Shown here one piece after another: positions 6,977-19,013 of a stretch of 64,000 nucleotides of DNA. The position numbers and the translations under genes are program-made. Each line of letters begins with the position of its first letter. Position 1 is the stretch's first letter. The notes beneath the pieces were generated by a model, which was not told the DNA's origin, searched no databases, and saw only the letters and a list, made by a program, of their open reading frames with translations. Source of the stretch: an uncultured Alphaproteobacteria bacterium (GTDB lineage Bacteria > Pseudomonadota > Alphaproteobacteria > HIMB59 > GCA-002718135); NCBI GenBank assembly GCA_902619045.1, contig CACNCX010000001.1:592-64591 (forward strand), in the 5' to 3' direction.

Positions 6977-7406
6977 TTTGTTCTAAGTTGAGTAATCTTT
7001 TTTTTAATTTGATTCCCCCTCTACCAGAAAATCCTCCAAGTTTACCATCACTACGAATTACACGGTGACAGGGGATAATAAGTAAAAGTTTATTTTGTCC
7101 ACAAACATTACCTACATATCTTGGAGACGTACCAACTTTTTTTGCTATTTCTCCATATGTTGAAACTTTACCATATTTAATTTTAGATAATTCTTTCCAA
7201 ATTTTTTTTTGTAAAGGGGAGCCTTCAAGAGAATAGTTAATTTTAAAATTTTTAAGTTTTCCAGAAGCATATAAATTAATCTGATTTTTAATGTTAATTA
7301 AATCAATTGTTTTATTTGTTTTACCAAAGCTAAGTGAATAAACATTACCACTGTTTTTTTTCACTGTAATCCAACCAAGTTTAGTTTCAAAACAAGCTGT
7401 TTCCAT
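6966..7406 (-). CDS. ogt: Methylated-DNA-protein-cysteine methyltransferase
   Basis: Active-site motif IPCHRVI. The size is typical of Ogt/Ada C-terminal domain proteins. Confidence 0.9.
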   Translation of the reverse strand: METACFETKLGWITVKKNSGNVYSLSFGKTNKTIDLINIKNQINLYASGKLKNFKINYSLEGSPLQKKIWKELSKIKYGKVSTYGEIAKKVGTSPRYVGNVCGQNKLLLIIPCHRVIRSDGKLGGFSGRGGIKLKKRLLNLEQSVS

Positions 7407-7459
7407 ATAAAATTAATAACATTATTGAATGAATCTATCAAAATAATTTATAGTAAATC

Positions 7460-7666
7460 ATGGATGAAGATAATTTAAATTTAGAAATTAGAAAATTTCT
7501 TAAACAAGTTGGTATTAGCTCGCAACGTGAAATAGAAAATTACATACGAAAAAAATTTTCTGAAGGAAGTATCAAAATAGGTGAATCTATAAAAGTGTCT
7601 ATGAATTTATCATCTGAAGATGGAGAACTTAATCATTCAATTAATGAATCTTTGAAAATAAAATAA
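7460..7666 (+). CDS. Small conserved hypothetical protein (68 aa)
   Basis: ORF track. The N-terminus (LEIRKFLKQVGISSQREIE) resembles a small alphaproteobacterial protein family I cannot name with certainty. Confidence 0.55.
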   Translation: MDEDNLNLEIRKFLKQVGISSQREIENYIRKKFSEGSIKIGESIKVSMNLSSEDGELNHSINESLKIK

Positions 7667-7690
7667 ATAATTTTTAGTATGGTTTAAAGT

Positions 7691-8944
7691 TTAATTTATA
7701 CGTGATTGGATTTTATCAATATTTTCAAGTTTAGATAATGGTCCAATACTTGATATAGTTATTGGCCCTTTTACAATTTCATTAGCAATCTTTTGAACAG
7801 TTTCTTTAGAGACCTTGTCTATATTTTTAATAGTTTCAGCTGGGTCGATTATTCTATTAAAGACCAGAAGTTGTCTAGCAGCACTTTCACATCTTCTAAA
7901 TGCACTTTCTCTTCCCATCATTAAACTTGCTTTCAACTGAGCTTTACCTCTATTAATTTCCTTGTCTGTAATTGAGTTAGGACTTTCGTTTAATTGATCA
8001 CATAAAACAGGTATGAGTTCTTGAATTTGATTTTCTCCTGTCCCACAATAGATACCAAAAACACCTGTATCAGTGTAAGATGAGCTGAAAGAGGAAATGC
8101 CATAAACAAGGCCACGTTTCTCTCTAATCTCTTGAAACAATCTTGATGACATACCTCCACCTAATAAAGAAGAGTAAACCAATAAAGAGTAGTAGTCATC
8201 ATGGTGGTAATCTATACCTTCAAAACCAAGCAATAGATGAATCTGTTCTAATTTTTTATCTTCTCTGTATTCTCCAGATTTATAATCTGCTTTTTGTCTT
8301 TCAGTATATAATCCAGTTGGAAGATTAGTGCATGATTTTTTGATTGATTCTACAAATTGATCATGGTCAATTTTTCCTGCTGCGCTTATAATCATTTTTT
8401 TTGGATTATAATGATTCATCATAAAATCTTTTACTTCGTCTCTTGAAATATTTTTAATAATATCAGTTTTACCCAATATGGAACGTCCCATTGGCTGATC
8501 TGGGTATGCTTTTTCTTGCCAATAATCAAAAATCATGTCGTCAGGAGTATCAAGGTACATTCCAATTTCTTGAATTATAACTCCTCTTTCTCGGTTAAGT
8601 TCATCTTCAGCAAATGTAGAATTTTGCAAAATATCTGTCAGAATATCTATTCCATAATGTAGATCATCAGCTAAGAGCTTTACATAATAAGCTGTTATTT
8701 CCTTTGAAGTATAAGCATTTATATCTCCACCAACATTTTCAATTGTTTCAGCAATTTGAAGAGCATTTTTAGTTGATGTACCCTTAAAAGCCATATGCTC
8801 TAAAAGATGAGCAACACCATTTATGTCTTTTGTTTCATCTCTACCACCAACAAAATTCCAAATACCCATTGATACTGTTTCCAGCCCTGGCATATTCTGG
8901 GTTACTATTCTTAATCCGTTTTCTAGTGTTGTAATTTTATGCAT
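7691..8944 (-). CDS. M16-family zinc peptidase (processing-protease-like)
   Basis: Inverted zinc motif HLLEHMAFKG (HxxEH). 417 aa. Confidence 0.9.
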   Translation of the reverse strand: MHKITTLENGLRIVTQNMPGLETVSMGIWNFVGGRDETKDINGVAHLLEHMAFKGTSTKNALQIAETIENVGGDINAYTSKEITAYYVKLLADDLHYGIDILTDILQNSTFAEDELNRERGVIIQEIGMYLDTPDDMIFDYWQEKAYPDQPMGRSILGKTDIIKNISRDEVKDFMMNHYNPKKMIISAAGKIDHDQFVESIKKSCTNLPTGLYTERQKADYKSGEYREDKKLEQIHLLLGFEGIDYHHDDYYSLLVYSSLLGGGMSSRLFQEIREKRGLVYGISSFSSSYTDTGVFGIYCGTGENQIQELIPVLCDQLNESPNSITDKEINRGKAQLKASLMMGRESAFRRCESAARQLLVFNRIIDPAETIKNIDKVSKETVQKIANEIVKGPITISSIGPLSKLENIDKIQSRIN

Positions 8945-10313
8945 TGCTTATTTTTTCTAAGATAAAGTTTTTTACATCTATAGTACTATTGGGTAATATA
9001 GTCATCTTTTCCTCTTTATCAAAGAGATTGCTTAATTCTTTCGGTATATCAATTTCTTTATTAATTGCTTTATTCACGGCATAGTCAAATTTTGCAGGAT
9101 GTGCACAAACCAAAGATACCCAAGCTTCATCATCTTTTTTATCTAATAATACTTTTAGTCCTGTTGCAGTATGTGGATCAGCAATATAATTATATTTTTC
9201 ATATACATATTTAATTGTCTCCAGAGTCTGATTATCATCAATTGAAGAAGCCTTATATATTTGCTGAAACTTAGCTAATACTGAGTCATCAAATTGATAA
9301 AAACCTTTTGATGAAAAGTTTTCAAATACTTCATTTACTCTTTTGCTATCTCTATTAAGGCTTTCAAAAATTTGCCTCTCAAAGTTACTTGAAACTTGTA
9401 TATCCATACTAGGGCTATATGTTTGAGAAACAGATTTTTTTTTCATTTCTCCATTGTCTACTATTGACTTTAAAATATCATTAGAATTAGTTGAAATATG
9501 TAAATGACTAATAGGTAATCCCATTTGTTTAGCAACAAAGGCTGAAAAAATATTACCAAAATTTCCTGAAGGAACAATAAAATTAATTTGCTGTTTATCA
9601 GTTTGCAAGTAAGCCCAAAAATAATAAACAACTTGCGCAATTAATCGTGCCCAATTTATAGAGTTTACAGCAGTTAAAGAAGTGGACTTTTGTATTTCAT
9701 CATCAACAAATAATTCTTTGACAATTTTTTGACAATCATCAAAATTACCATCTATAGCAATATTATAAATATTGTTATCGATTACTGTGGTCATTTGTTT
9801 TTGTTGAATAGGTGATACTTTATTATGAGGATGTAGAATAAATACATTTATATCTTTTTTTGATTTAAAAGAATGAATTGCAGCTGAGCCAGTATCACCA
9901 GAAGTTGCACCTAAAATAGTAATTTTTTTTGGAGAAATCTTTAAACTTGTAGAAAATAGGTTGCCAAGAAATTGTAAAGCATAATCTTTAAACGCATAAG
10001 TAGGCCCATAAATTAACTCTAATAAAAATTTATTATTTTCTAATTCTACTAAAGGAGCTATTTTTTCATGATTAAAATTTGCATAAGTTTCATTTAAAAT
10101 TTTTTGTAATTCAAATTTTTCTATATTTTCATTTACATAAGGAAAAATAATTTCACATGCTACTTCTTCGTATGATTTATTTTTTAAACTTAGTAAGTCT
10201 ATTTTGGGCCAGCTTTGGGGTAAATATAGACCACCATCTCTCGATAATCCTTGATAGAGAATGTCGTTGAATGATCTGCTTAGAGAATCATCTCTTGTGC
10301 TTAAATATTTCAT
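8937..10313 (-). CDS. thrC: Threonine synthase
   Basis: PLP-lysine context PTYAFKDYALQ, GATSGDTGSA loop, 458 aa long form. Confidence 0.9.
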   Translation of the reverse strand: MKYLSTRDDSLSRSFNDILYQGLSRDGGLYLPQSWPKIDLLSLKNKSYEEVACEIIFPYVNENIEKFELQKILNETYANFNHEKIAPLVELENNKFLLELIYGPTYAFKDYALQFLGNLFSTSLKISPKKITILGATSGDTGSAAIHSFKSKKDINVFILHPHNKVSPIQQKQMTTVIDNNIYNIAIDGNFDDCQKIVKELFVDDEIQKSTSLTAVNSINWARLIAQVVYYFWAYLQTDKQQINFIVPSGNFGNIFSAFVAKQMGLPISHLHISTNSNDILKSIVDNGEMKKKSVSQTYSPSMDIQVSSNFERQIFESLNRDSKRVNEVFENFSSKGFYQFDDSVLAKFQQIYKASSIDDNQTLETIKYVYEKYNYIADPHTATGLKVLLDKKDDEAWVSLVCAHPAKFDYAVNKAINKEIDIPKELSNLFDKEEKMTILPNSTIDVKNFILEKISNA

Positions 10314-11791
10314 TAAAGATAGCGATTAGTAATATATTCTTTGAAATATTTAGCATTTAAAGGCGACTTTGTAACCTGTTCTAAAACCTCATTAGTTGAA
10401 AAAAAACTAGCTTTTTCATGGATATTTTTTTTAAGCCAATTTACTAAATTTGAAAATTCACCATTTTCTATTTCCTTATCTAATTCCTTTTGATCAGTTC
10501 TCAATTGAGACGCAAATTGAGCAGCAGTAAGTGCTCCTAATGAATATGTTGGAAAGTATCCAAATAATCCAGCAAACCAATGAATATCTTGCAAACATCC
10601 ATCAGTGTCTTTATTTATCGATAAATTAAATAATCTATTAAATTCACCATTCCAAGCATCAGGAATGTCTGCAACATTTATTTCATTGTTAAAAATTTTT
10701 CTTTCTAAATTAAATCTTAAAATAATATGCAGGGGGTAGGTAACTTCATCTGACTCAACTCTTATAAAAGATTTGTTTACTCGAGTACCTAATTTGTAAA
10801 GATTGTCAGGATCTGTAGCTTTGTCTTTAAGATTAAATTGTTTATTTAAAGTATTAGATAAAAATTTTTTAAAAGCTAAAGATCTTGTGATTTGCATTTC
10901 AATTAATAGTGATTGACTTTCATGCATAGCCATTCCTCTAGATTTACCTGCTGGCTGATGCATCCAATCTTTTGGTAGGTTTAGCTCATATAATGCATGA
11001 CCAGTTTCATGCATAACACCATCTAAAGATGAAAATGGATTGTCATTATTATATCTAGTTGTAATTCTAACATCATTTGTAGATCCTCCACAAAAAGGGT
11101 GGACACTTTTATCAAGTCTTCCCCTTGTAAAATCAAAACCTATTTGTTTCATTATATATTCAGAAATATTTTTCTGCTTTTCTTCATCTATACATGTTTC
11201 AAATTGAAGTGTTTCTTCATTTCTTTGCTTATCTATAATTTTGTCAATAAGTGGTGATAGAAATTTTTGTAAATCATCAAATACTTCAGATATTTTATTT
11301 TCTTCTGAAGAAGGTTCAAATTTATTTATTAGAGCTTCATACGGAGAAACTTTAAAAGTTTCTCCTAAAATATTAGCTTCTTCTTTCGTTAAATTTATGA
11401 GTTCTTCTAAATCTTTTTTTACTAAATTAAAATCCGACTTTTCCCTGGCCTCTTGCCAAACACCTTCACAATTAGCTGAAGATTTTGAAATTTTTTCTAC
11501 AAGCTCCGTTGGTATAGCAGAAGCTAATTTATATTCTCTATCCATTTCATTTAAGTTTTTCAGATCACTATTATTTAGGTTAAGTTTCTTTGAGTCTTCA
11601 ATTAAATCACCAACTTCAGAAGATGAAATTTTACTATGACTAAGTTTTGATAAATAGGCTAATTGCTCTGATCTTTGATCTCTTGAGCTGCTCGGCATCA
11701 TTGTTGCCATATCCCAGTGTAAAATACCTGCAATATCTGATGTCAGTGAAGCTTCATTAAAGATTTCTTTAAGTTTAAAATATGTTTTCAT
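10313..11791 (-). CDS. M32 carboxypeptidase (carboxypeptidase Taq family)
   Basis: HETGHALY (HExxH), plus DIHW and HESQS blocks typical of M32. Confidence 0.9.
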   Translation of the reverse strand: MKTYFKLKEIFNEASLTSDIAGILHWDMATMMPSSSRDQRSEQLAYLSKLSHSKISSSEVGDLIEDSKKLNLNNSDLKNLNEMDREYKLASAIPTELVEKISKSSANCEGVWQEAREKSDFNLVKKDLEELINLTKEEANILGETFKVSPYEALINKFEPSSEENKISEVFDDLQKFLSPLIDKIIDKQRNEETLQFETCIDEEKQKNISEYIMKQIGFDFTRGRLDKSVHPFCGGSTNDVRITTRYNNDNPFSSLDGVMHETGHALYELNLPKDWMHQPAGKSRGMAMHESQSLLIEMQITRSLAFKKFLSNTLNKQFNLKDKATDPDNLYKLGTRVNKSFIRVESDEVTYPLHIILRFNLERKIFNNEINVADIPDAWNGEFNRLFNLSINKDTDGCLQDIHWFAGLFGYFPTYSLGALTAAQFASQLRTDQKELDKEIENGEFSNLVNWLKKNIHEKASFFSTNEVLEQVTKSPLNAKYFKEYITNRYL

Positions 11792-12477
11792 TTTTTCATC
11801 CTAAATAAATAAATTATAAAAATAATCAAAAAAGAAAAGCTCATCAAAAACCATGTAATTGCATACTGCAAATGATTATTTGAAAAATTATGATTTTGAG
11901 ATGAAGGTATTAAGAAATTCTCTGCATAATTGCTCATATTTTTAATGAAAAATTTCTGATTAATCTTAACATTTAAGTAAGTTTGAATTTGCTCCAGATC
12001 ATAATAATACCATTCATTTGAAGAGATAGAATTCTCAGGAGTAAACATCTGTTTTTGAGTTGGGTATCTGATATACCCAAGAATCTCACCATTTATTATT
12101 TCATTATTGTTTTTAAAATAATCATATCTACTTTGTTCAAACCAACCTTCATCAATTAAATAATTATTACCATGATTATCTGATAATAAACTTGCTATTC
12201 TAACACCAGAAATACCATTCAATGTTTTTGCAGGGAAAAAAATTTTTTTACTTCTGTCAACAGTTCCAAAAGTGATAACTTTAGTAAACTCATCAATGTT
12301 TGGATACTTCATTTTTCCCATTGAAAGTGAAAGTGGTTTTTGGTCCTTAAGTTCATTAAATTCGGCTATAATTTTTTCTTTCCATTCCAATCTCTGCAAT
12401 TGCCAAATTCCTAAAAATATTGTCAGTGCAACACAAAATAAACTGAATAAAAAAAATTTTAATGGAAAGTTTTTAAT
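11788..12477 (-). CDS. surf1: SURF1 cytochrome oxidase assembly protein, N-terminus extended to a non-canonical AUU start
   Basis: The track ORF starts at a TTG inside the conserved GIWQLQRLEWK motif. The 26 codons upstream (IKNFPLKFFLFSLFCVALTIFLGIWQ) are open, encode the expected N-terminal TM helix and begin directly after the coxC TAA. They contain no ATG, GTG or TTG. Confidence 0.8.
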   Translation of the reverse strand: MKNFPLKFFLFSLFCVALTIFLGIWQLQRLEWKEKIIAEFNELKDQKPLSLSMGKMKYPNIDEFTKVITFGTVDRSKKIFFPAKTLNGISGVRIASLLSDNHGNNYLIDEGWFEQSRYDYFKNNNEIINGEILGYIRYPTQKQMFTPENSISSNEWYYYDLEQIQTYLNVKINQKFFIKNMSNYAENFLIPSSQNHNFSNNHLQYAITWFLMSFSFLIIFIIYLFRMKK

Positions 12478-13326
12478 TTATGCACCCCAAACATAAACGC
12501 AGACAAACAAGAAAAGCCAAACTACGTCAACAAAGTGCCAGTACCATGCAGCTGCCTCTAATCCAAAATGCCTATCTGGAGTAAAATGATTTTTATAAAC
12601 ACGATACAAACAAACAGCTAAGAATGCTGTTCCAACCATTACGTGAAATCCATGAAAACCGGTCGCCATGTAAAATACTGATGGATATATCCCATCTGTA
12701 AAACTGAAATAATGATGAGCTGCCTCGTAATATTCTACACCCTGCATAATTGAGAAGAAAATTCCAAGACCAACAGTACACCATAATGCTTGAATAGCTT
12801 GATCTCTATGGCCTTCTCTAACAGCGTGGTGAGCCCATGTACAAGTAGTACCCGACATTAATAAAATTAATGTATTTAAAAAAGGAACATCAAGAGGATC
12901 AAATGTTTTAATACCCTCTGGAGGCCAAATACCTACAGCACCATTACTGTCAAAGGTTTCTGAGAATTCTTCTATAGGTAGTTTAGGTGTTAAACTTGCA
13001 TCAAAGAAAGCCCAAAAAAAAGCAACAAAGAACATTACTTCTGATGCAATAAAAAGCGCCATTCCATATCTTAATCCGAGTTCCACAACAGGTGTGTGAA
13101 CTTTTTGGAAAGTTGATTCTTTAATTACATCTCTCCACCATAGGAACATAATAGTTAACAAACCAATAGTTCCAAGAATTAAAAGCCAAGAAGTTCCGTA
13201 GTGCATATAAAATACAAGACCAGCTGCCATTGCAAGTCCAGCTATTGATGAAAGGAAAGGAAGAGGACTTGGGTCAACCAAATGATATGGATGTTTTTGC
13301 CCTGTGGTTGTGGATTTATTAGCCAT
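12478..13326 (-). CDS. ctaE: Cytochrome c oxidase subunit III
   Basis: The 282-aa polytopic protein has conserved C-terminal blocks (GFHGFHV, AAWYWHFVDVVW). Confidence 0.95.
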   Translation of the reverse strand: MANKSTTTGQKHPYHLVDPSPLPFLSSIAGLAMAAGLVFYMHYGTSWLLILGTIGLLTIMFLWWRDVIKESTFQKVHTPVVELGLRYGMALFIASEVMFFVAFFWAFFDASLTPKLPIEEFSETFDSNGAVGIWPPEGIKTFDPLDVPFLNTLILLMSGTTCTWAHHAVREGHRDQAIQALWCTVGLGIFFSIMQGVEYYEAAHHYFSFTDGIYPSVFYMATGFHGFHVMVGTAFLAVCLYRVYKNHFTPDRHFGLEAAAWYWHFVDVVWLFLFVCVYVWGA

Positions 13327-13329
13327 TTA

Positions 13330-13845
13330 TTAATCTATATATTTAAAAAAGGTATATGACAATGTTATCTCTTCAACATCTTTCATTGTTGGATCCTCAT
13401 TAATTGAGGGATCAATGTAAAACACAACAGGCATTTCAACTGTTTCTCCAGGTTTCAAAGCCTGCTTTTCAAAACAGAAACACTGAGTCTTAATAAAATA
13501 AGGACCAACCTTTTCTGGTAAAACATTAAATGTCGCAGTACCGATAGTTTCAATATCAGATAGATTAGTAGCTGTATAATTAACAAGTTTATTTTCACCG
13601 ACTTTAAATCTGATATTTTCTGGTGCAGTAAAAGTCCAATTTATACTGTCATTAACGTCAGCGTTAAAGTTAAGGTTAATATCTCTTTCCAAAATTGATG
13701 ATGAAAGAAACTCAGATGTACTTGTCTTACCACCATAACCGGTAACACGACAAAATAAATCATATAAGGGTACCGAAAAAGCTACTAATGTAATCATTGT
13801 TAAAACAATAAATGATAATCCTATAGCTGTTCTGGTATTTGTCAT
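13330..13845 (-). CDS. ctaG: Cytochrome c oxidase assembly protein CtaG/Cox11
   Basis: N-terminal TM followed by the YDLFCRVTGYGG and CFCF copper-binding motifs. Confidence 0.95.
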   Translation of the reverse strand: MTNTRTAIGLSFIVLTMITLVAFSVPLYDLFCRVTGYGGKTSTSEFLSSSILERDINLNFNADVNDSINWTFTAPENIRFKVGENKLVNYTATNLSDIETIGTATFNVLPEKVGPYFIKTQCFCFEKQALKPGETVEMPVVFYIDPSINEDPTMKDVEEITLSYTFFKYID

Positions 13846-13952
13846 TATACTCCAAAAATATTAGCCTTAAATAAAGTCCATAAATAAAAAAATGCGACAA
13901 TACAAAGCAAGATTATTAAAGTTATAATATTTTTTCTTCTTCTGTTTTTCAT
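13845..13952 (-). CDS. 35-aa single-TM ORF between ctaB and ctaG (MKNRRRKNIITLIILLCIVAFFYLWTLFKANIFGV)
   Basis: Hand-translated; too short for the ORF track. Its ATG overlaps the ctaB stop (ATGA at 13949-13952) and its TAA overlaps the ctaG ATG (TAATG at 13843-13847). It has a basic N-terminus followed by a hydrophobic helix. Confidence 0.6.
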   Translation of the reverse strand: MKNRRRKNIITLIILLCIVAFFYLWTLFKANIFGV

Positions 13953-14869
13953 CTTAACACCACATGATCAATCAACAATGCTGAAAATAAACTAAATAAG
14001 TAAAGGATTGAAATAGCAAAGAATTTTAATCCTTCAGAATTTGGTATTGATTTTTTTTCCTTAGATTTTTTTAACTTTAATGAGCTATTAAATAGTAATA
14101 AGTTTAAAATTGTAACTATAGTTAAGTATATTATTCCAACATTGTTATCTAAATATGGAAGATAGCTCGATAAAATTAATATTACAGCATAATAAACAAT
14201 CTGTTTTTTTGTATCATCAATGCTACTTACATTTGGTAACATGGGCACATTAGCATTTTTATAATCATTATATCTATATACTGATAAGGCCCAAAAATGA
14301 GGTGGTGTCCAAAAAAATATAATTACAAATAAACTAATTGGTAAAAAACTTAATTCTGGTATAACTGCTGTCCATCCAATAATTGGAGGTATTGCTCCTG
14401 CTGCTCCTCCAATAACTATATTTAATGAAGTTGTTCGTTTAAGCCAAAATGTATAAATAAATACATAAAAAAGAATTGTAAAAAGAAGCAAACTTGTTGC
14501 TAATGAATTTGAGAACCATTGCATCAAAATTAAAGAAATAGTTCCTGTTAGTATTCCTACTACTAAGGCTTCATTTTTTGAAACTACTCCAAGTGGAATT
14601 GGTCTTAGTTTTGTTCTTTCCATAGTTTTATCAATATCTTCATCAAACCACATATTGATTGCAGCTGAAGAACCAGCTCCTAATGCAATAGCAACTATTA
14701 CCATAAAACTATTTAGGAATGTGATTTGCCCTGGTGCCAAAAACATTCCAACAAACGCTGTAAAGATAACCAAGGACATAACTCTTGGTTTCATTAGTTC
14801 GAAATAACCTTTAAATTTTCTTAAAAGAAAATTATTACTATAACCAGCTTCTAAGGATTTAGCATCCAC
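13949..14869 (-). CDS. ctaB: Protoheme IX farnesyltransferase (heme O synthase)
   Basis: UbiA-superfamily polytopic protein with MKPRV and DxDIDxxMxRT motifs, in cta cluster context. Confidence 0.95.
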   Translation of the reverse strand: MDAKSLEAGYSNNFLLRKFKGYFELMKPRVMSLVIFTAFVGMFLAPGQITFLNSFMVIVAIALGAGSSAAINMWFDEDIDKTMERTKLRPIPLGVVSKNEALVVGILTGTISLILMQWFSNSLATSLLLFTILFYVFIYTFWLKRTTSLNIVIGGAAGAIPPIIGWTAVIPELSFLPISLFVIIFFWTPPHFWALSVYRYNDYKNANVPMLPNVSSIDDTKKQIVYYAVILILSSYLPYLDNNVGIIYLTIVTILNLLLFNSSLKLKKSKEKKSIPNSEGLKFFAISILYLFSLFSALLIDHVVLR

Positions 14870-14874
14870 GTAAA

Positions 14875-17284
<2,410 letters not shown>

Positions 17285-17382
17285 TTTATTTAGATATTGT
17301 ATACACTAATAAATAAATTATTCAGTAAATTAACCAGTGATTTAGAGGCAAAATTCTAGGACAGGTTGTCGCTCATTATGAT

Positions 17383-18114
17383 TTATTCAATGACCGATTG
17401 AATAGAAAAAATTGCAGCTGTTGTTGCAGTGTCTGAGCGTAAAATTCTTTTTCCTAAAGATACAGATATACATGAAGATATAGAAGAGATGGTTTTTCGT
17501 TCCTTTTCAGAAAAACCACCTTCAGGTCCAATAATGACAGCCCATTTTTTGTATTTTTTTGTTTCATTAATTATTGAATTGTAAATAGTTGGTAAATTTT
17601 CATTTCCTTCATCACAAAAAACTAACCCTCTATCAGATGGAAAAATGTTAACTAAATCATCTAGTTTAATTGTTTTATCTAAAGTTGGAATAGACAATCT
17701 CTCAGATTGTTCTGATGCTTCAATCATATTTAATTCAAAATTTTTAAAATTTATTTTTGATTGATTTGTATATTCTGTCAAAATTGGAATAAATCTAGAG
17801 ATGCCAAGCTCTGTAGCTTTTTGAATAGTAATATTCATTCTATAAGATTTAATTGGAGCAAATATTAACCATAAATCAGTTTCCTGAGGAATATCTCTCA
17901 ATTTATTTTGTATTTGTAAAACAATGTTGTCTCTATTGATTGAGATTACTTTAGATAACCATTCACCAGTAAAACCATCAAACAAATTAATGCTATCTTC
18001 TTTTTTGATTCTAAGAACATTTTTTAAAAAGTGATGCTGCTTATTTTTTATATAAATTAAAATATTGGCTGATAATTTTTTTGAGACAAATAATCGTGTT
18101 TTAGACATTTTCAT
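17383..18114 (-). CDS. rsmE: 16S rRNA (uracil1498-N3)-methyltransferase
   Basis: C-terminal IGPEGGFSEKE ... LGKRILRSDTA motif of the RsmE family. Confidence 0.85.
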   Translation of the reverse strand: MKMSKTRLFVSKKLSANILIYIKNKQHHFLKNVLRIKKEDSINLFDGFTGEWLSKVISINRDNIVLQIQNKLRDIPQETDLWLIFAPIKSYRMNITIQKATELGISRFIPILTEYTNQSKINFKNFELNMIEASEQSERLSIPTLDKTIKLDDLVNIFPSDRGLVFCDEGNENLPTIYNSIINETKKYKKWAVIIGPEGGFSEKERKTISSISSCISVSLGKRILRSDTATTAAIFSIQSVIE

Positions 18115-18149
18115 TTTAATAATTTAGAATTATAACATTATATTCATAT

Positions 18150-19013
18150 ATGTGGGATAACTTAGTTGTAAAAAAAGTATTAGATTACTTCGAGTTAATC
18201 AGACTTAATAAACCTATTGGCTTCCTTCTATTAATGTGGCCTTGCTGGTTTAGTTTAGCGTTACTAAAGACAGAAACTTCCAAACTATTATTTTGGTATT
18301 TACTTTTTTTAATTGGTTCTTTTTTAATGAGAAGTGCGGGTTGTATAATTAATGACATCATTGATATTGATTTTGATCAAAAAGTTACACGTACTAAATT
18401 TAGACCTTTAGCATCAAAAAAGATTTCTATCACTGAAGCAATATTATTATTAATAATATTATTGGTAATTAGTTTTTTCATTCTTATCGAGTTTAATTTT
18501 AAATCAATCGTATTGGGTTTGTTGAGTGTGCCATTTGTTATTTTATATCCATTTATGAAAAGAATAACTTTCTTCCCACAGCTGTTACTTGGAATTATTT
18601 TTAATTGGGGTGTGCTAATAGTATCGATGCAATTTAATACAAGAATTACATTTGATTTTCTTTTATTGTATTTTGTATGTATATTTTGGACATTAGCATA
18701 TGATACTATTTATGCCTACCAAGATAAGGCAGATGATATTTTAAATAATATCAAATCTACAGCAGTTTATTTTGATAAAAATGGTAAAAGATTTGTTCAA
18801 GCATGCTATCTTATTATCTTAATTATATTGTCTTATTTTGTATGGAATTCCTCAAATTTTTTACTAAGTTCAATTATTATAGCAACTATCGCAATTTGTA
18901 CGTATATAGCAATTCAGAAATGGGATATAACATCACCGTTAAGTTCAAATTATTATTTCAGACAAAATAATATTTTTGCAATTATGTTGTTTTTACTTTT
19001 ACAAACTTTTTAA
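18150..19013 (+). CDS. ubiA: 4-hydroxybenzoate polyprenyltransferase
   Basis: NDIIDIDFD (NDxxDxxxD) and YAYQDKADD motifs in a polytopic protein. Confidence 0.9.
   Translation: MWDNLVVKKVLDYFELIRLNKPIGFLLLMWPCWFSLALLKTETSKLLFWYLLFLIGSFLMRSAGCIINDIIDIDFDQKVTRTKFRPLASKKISITEAILLLIILLVISFFILIEFNFKSIVLGLLSVPFVILYPFMKRITFFPQLLLGIIFNWGVLIVSMQFNTRITFDFLLLYFVCIFWTLAYDTIYAYQDKADDILNNIKSTAVYFDKNGKRFVQACYLIILIILSYFVWNSSNFLLSSIIIATIAICTYIAIQKWDITSPLSSNYYFRQNNIFAIMLFLLLQTF

Noticed and set aside
12475-12480. Stop-codon read-through producing a CoxIII-SURF1 fusion
   Set aside because: The frames are continuous, but UAA followed by A is an efficient terminator context, and I know of no precedent for such a fusion. 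Initiation at the adjacent AUU is the simpler explanation. It is retained as an alternative in the SURF1 finding.
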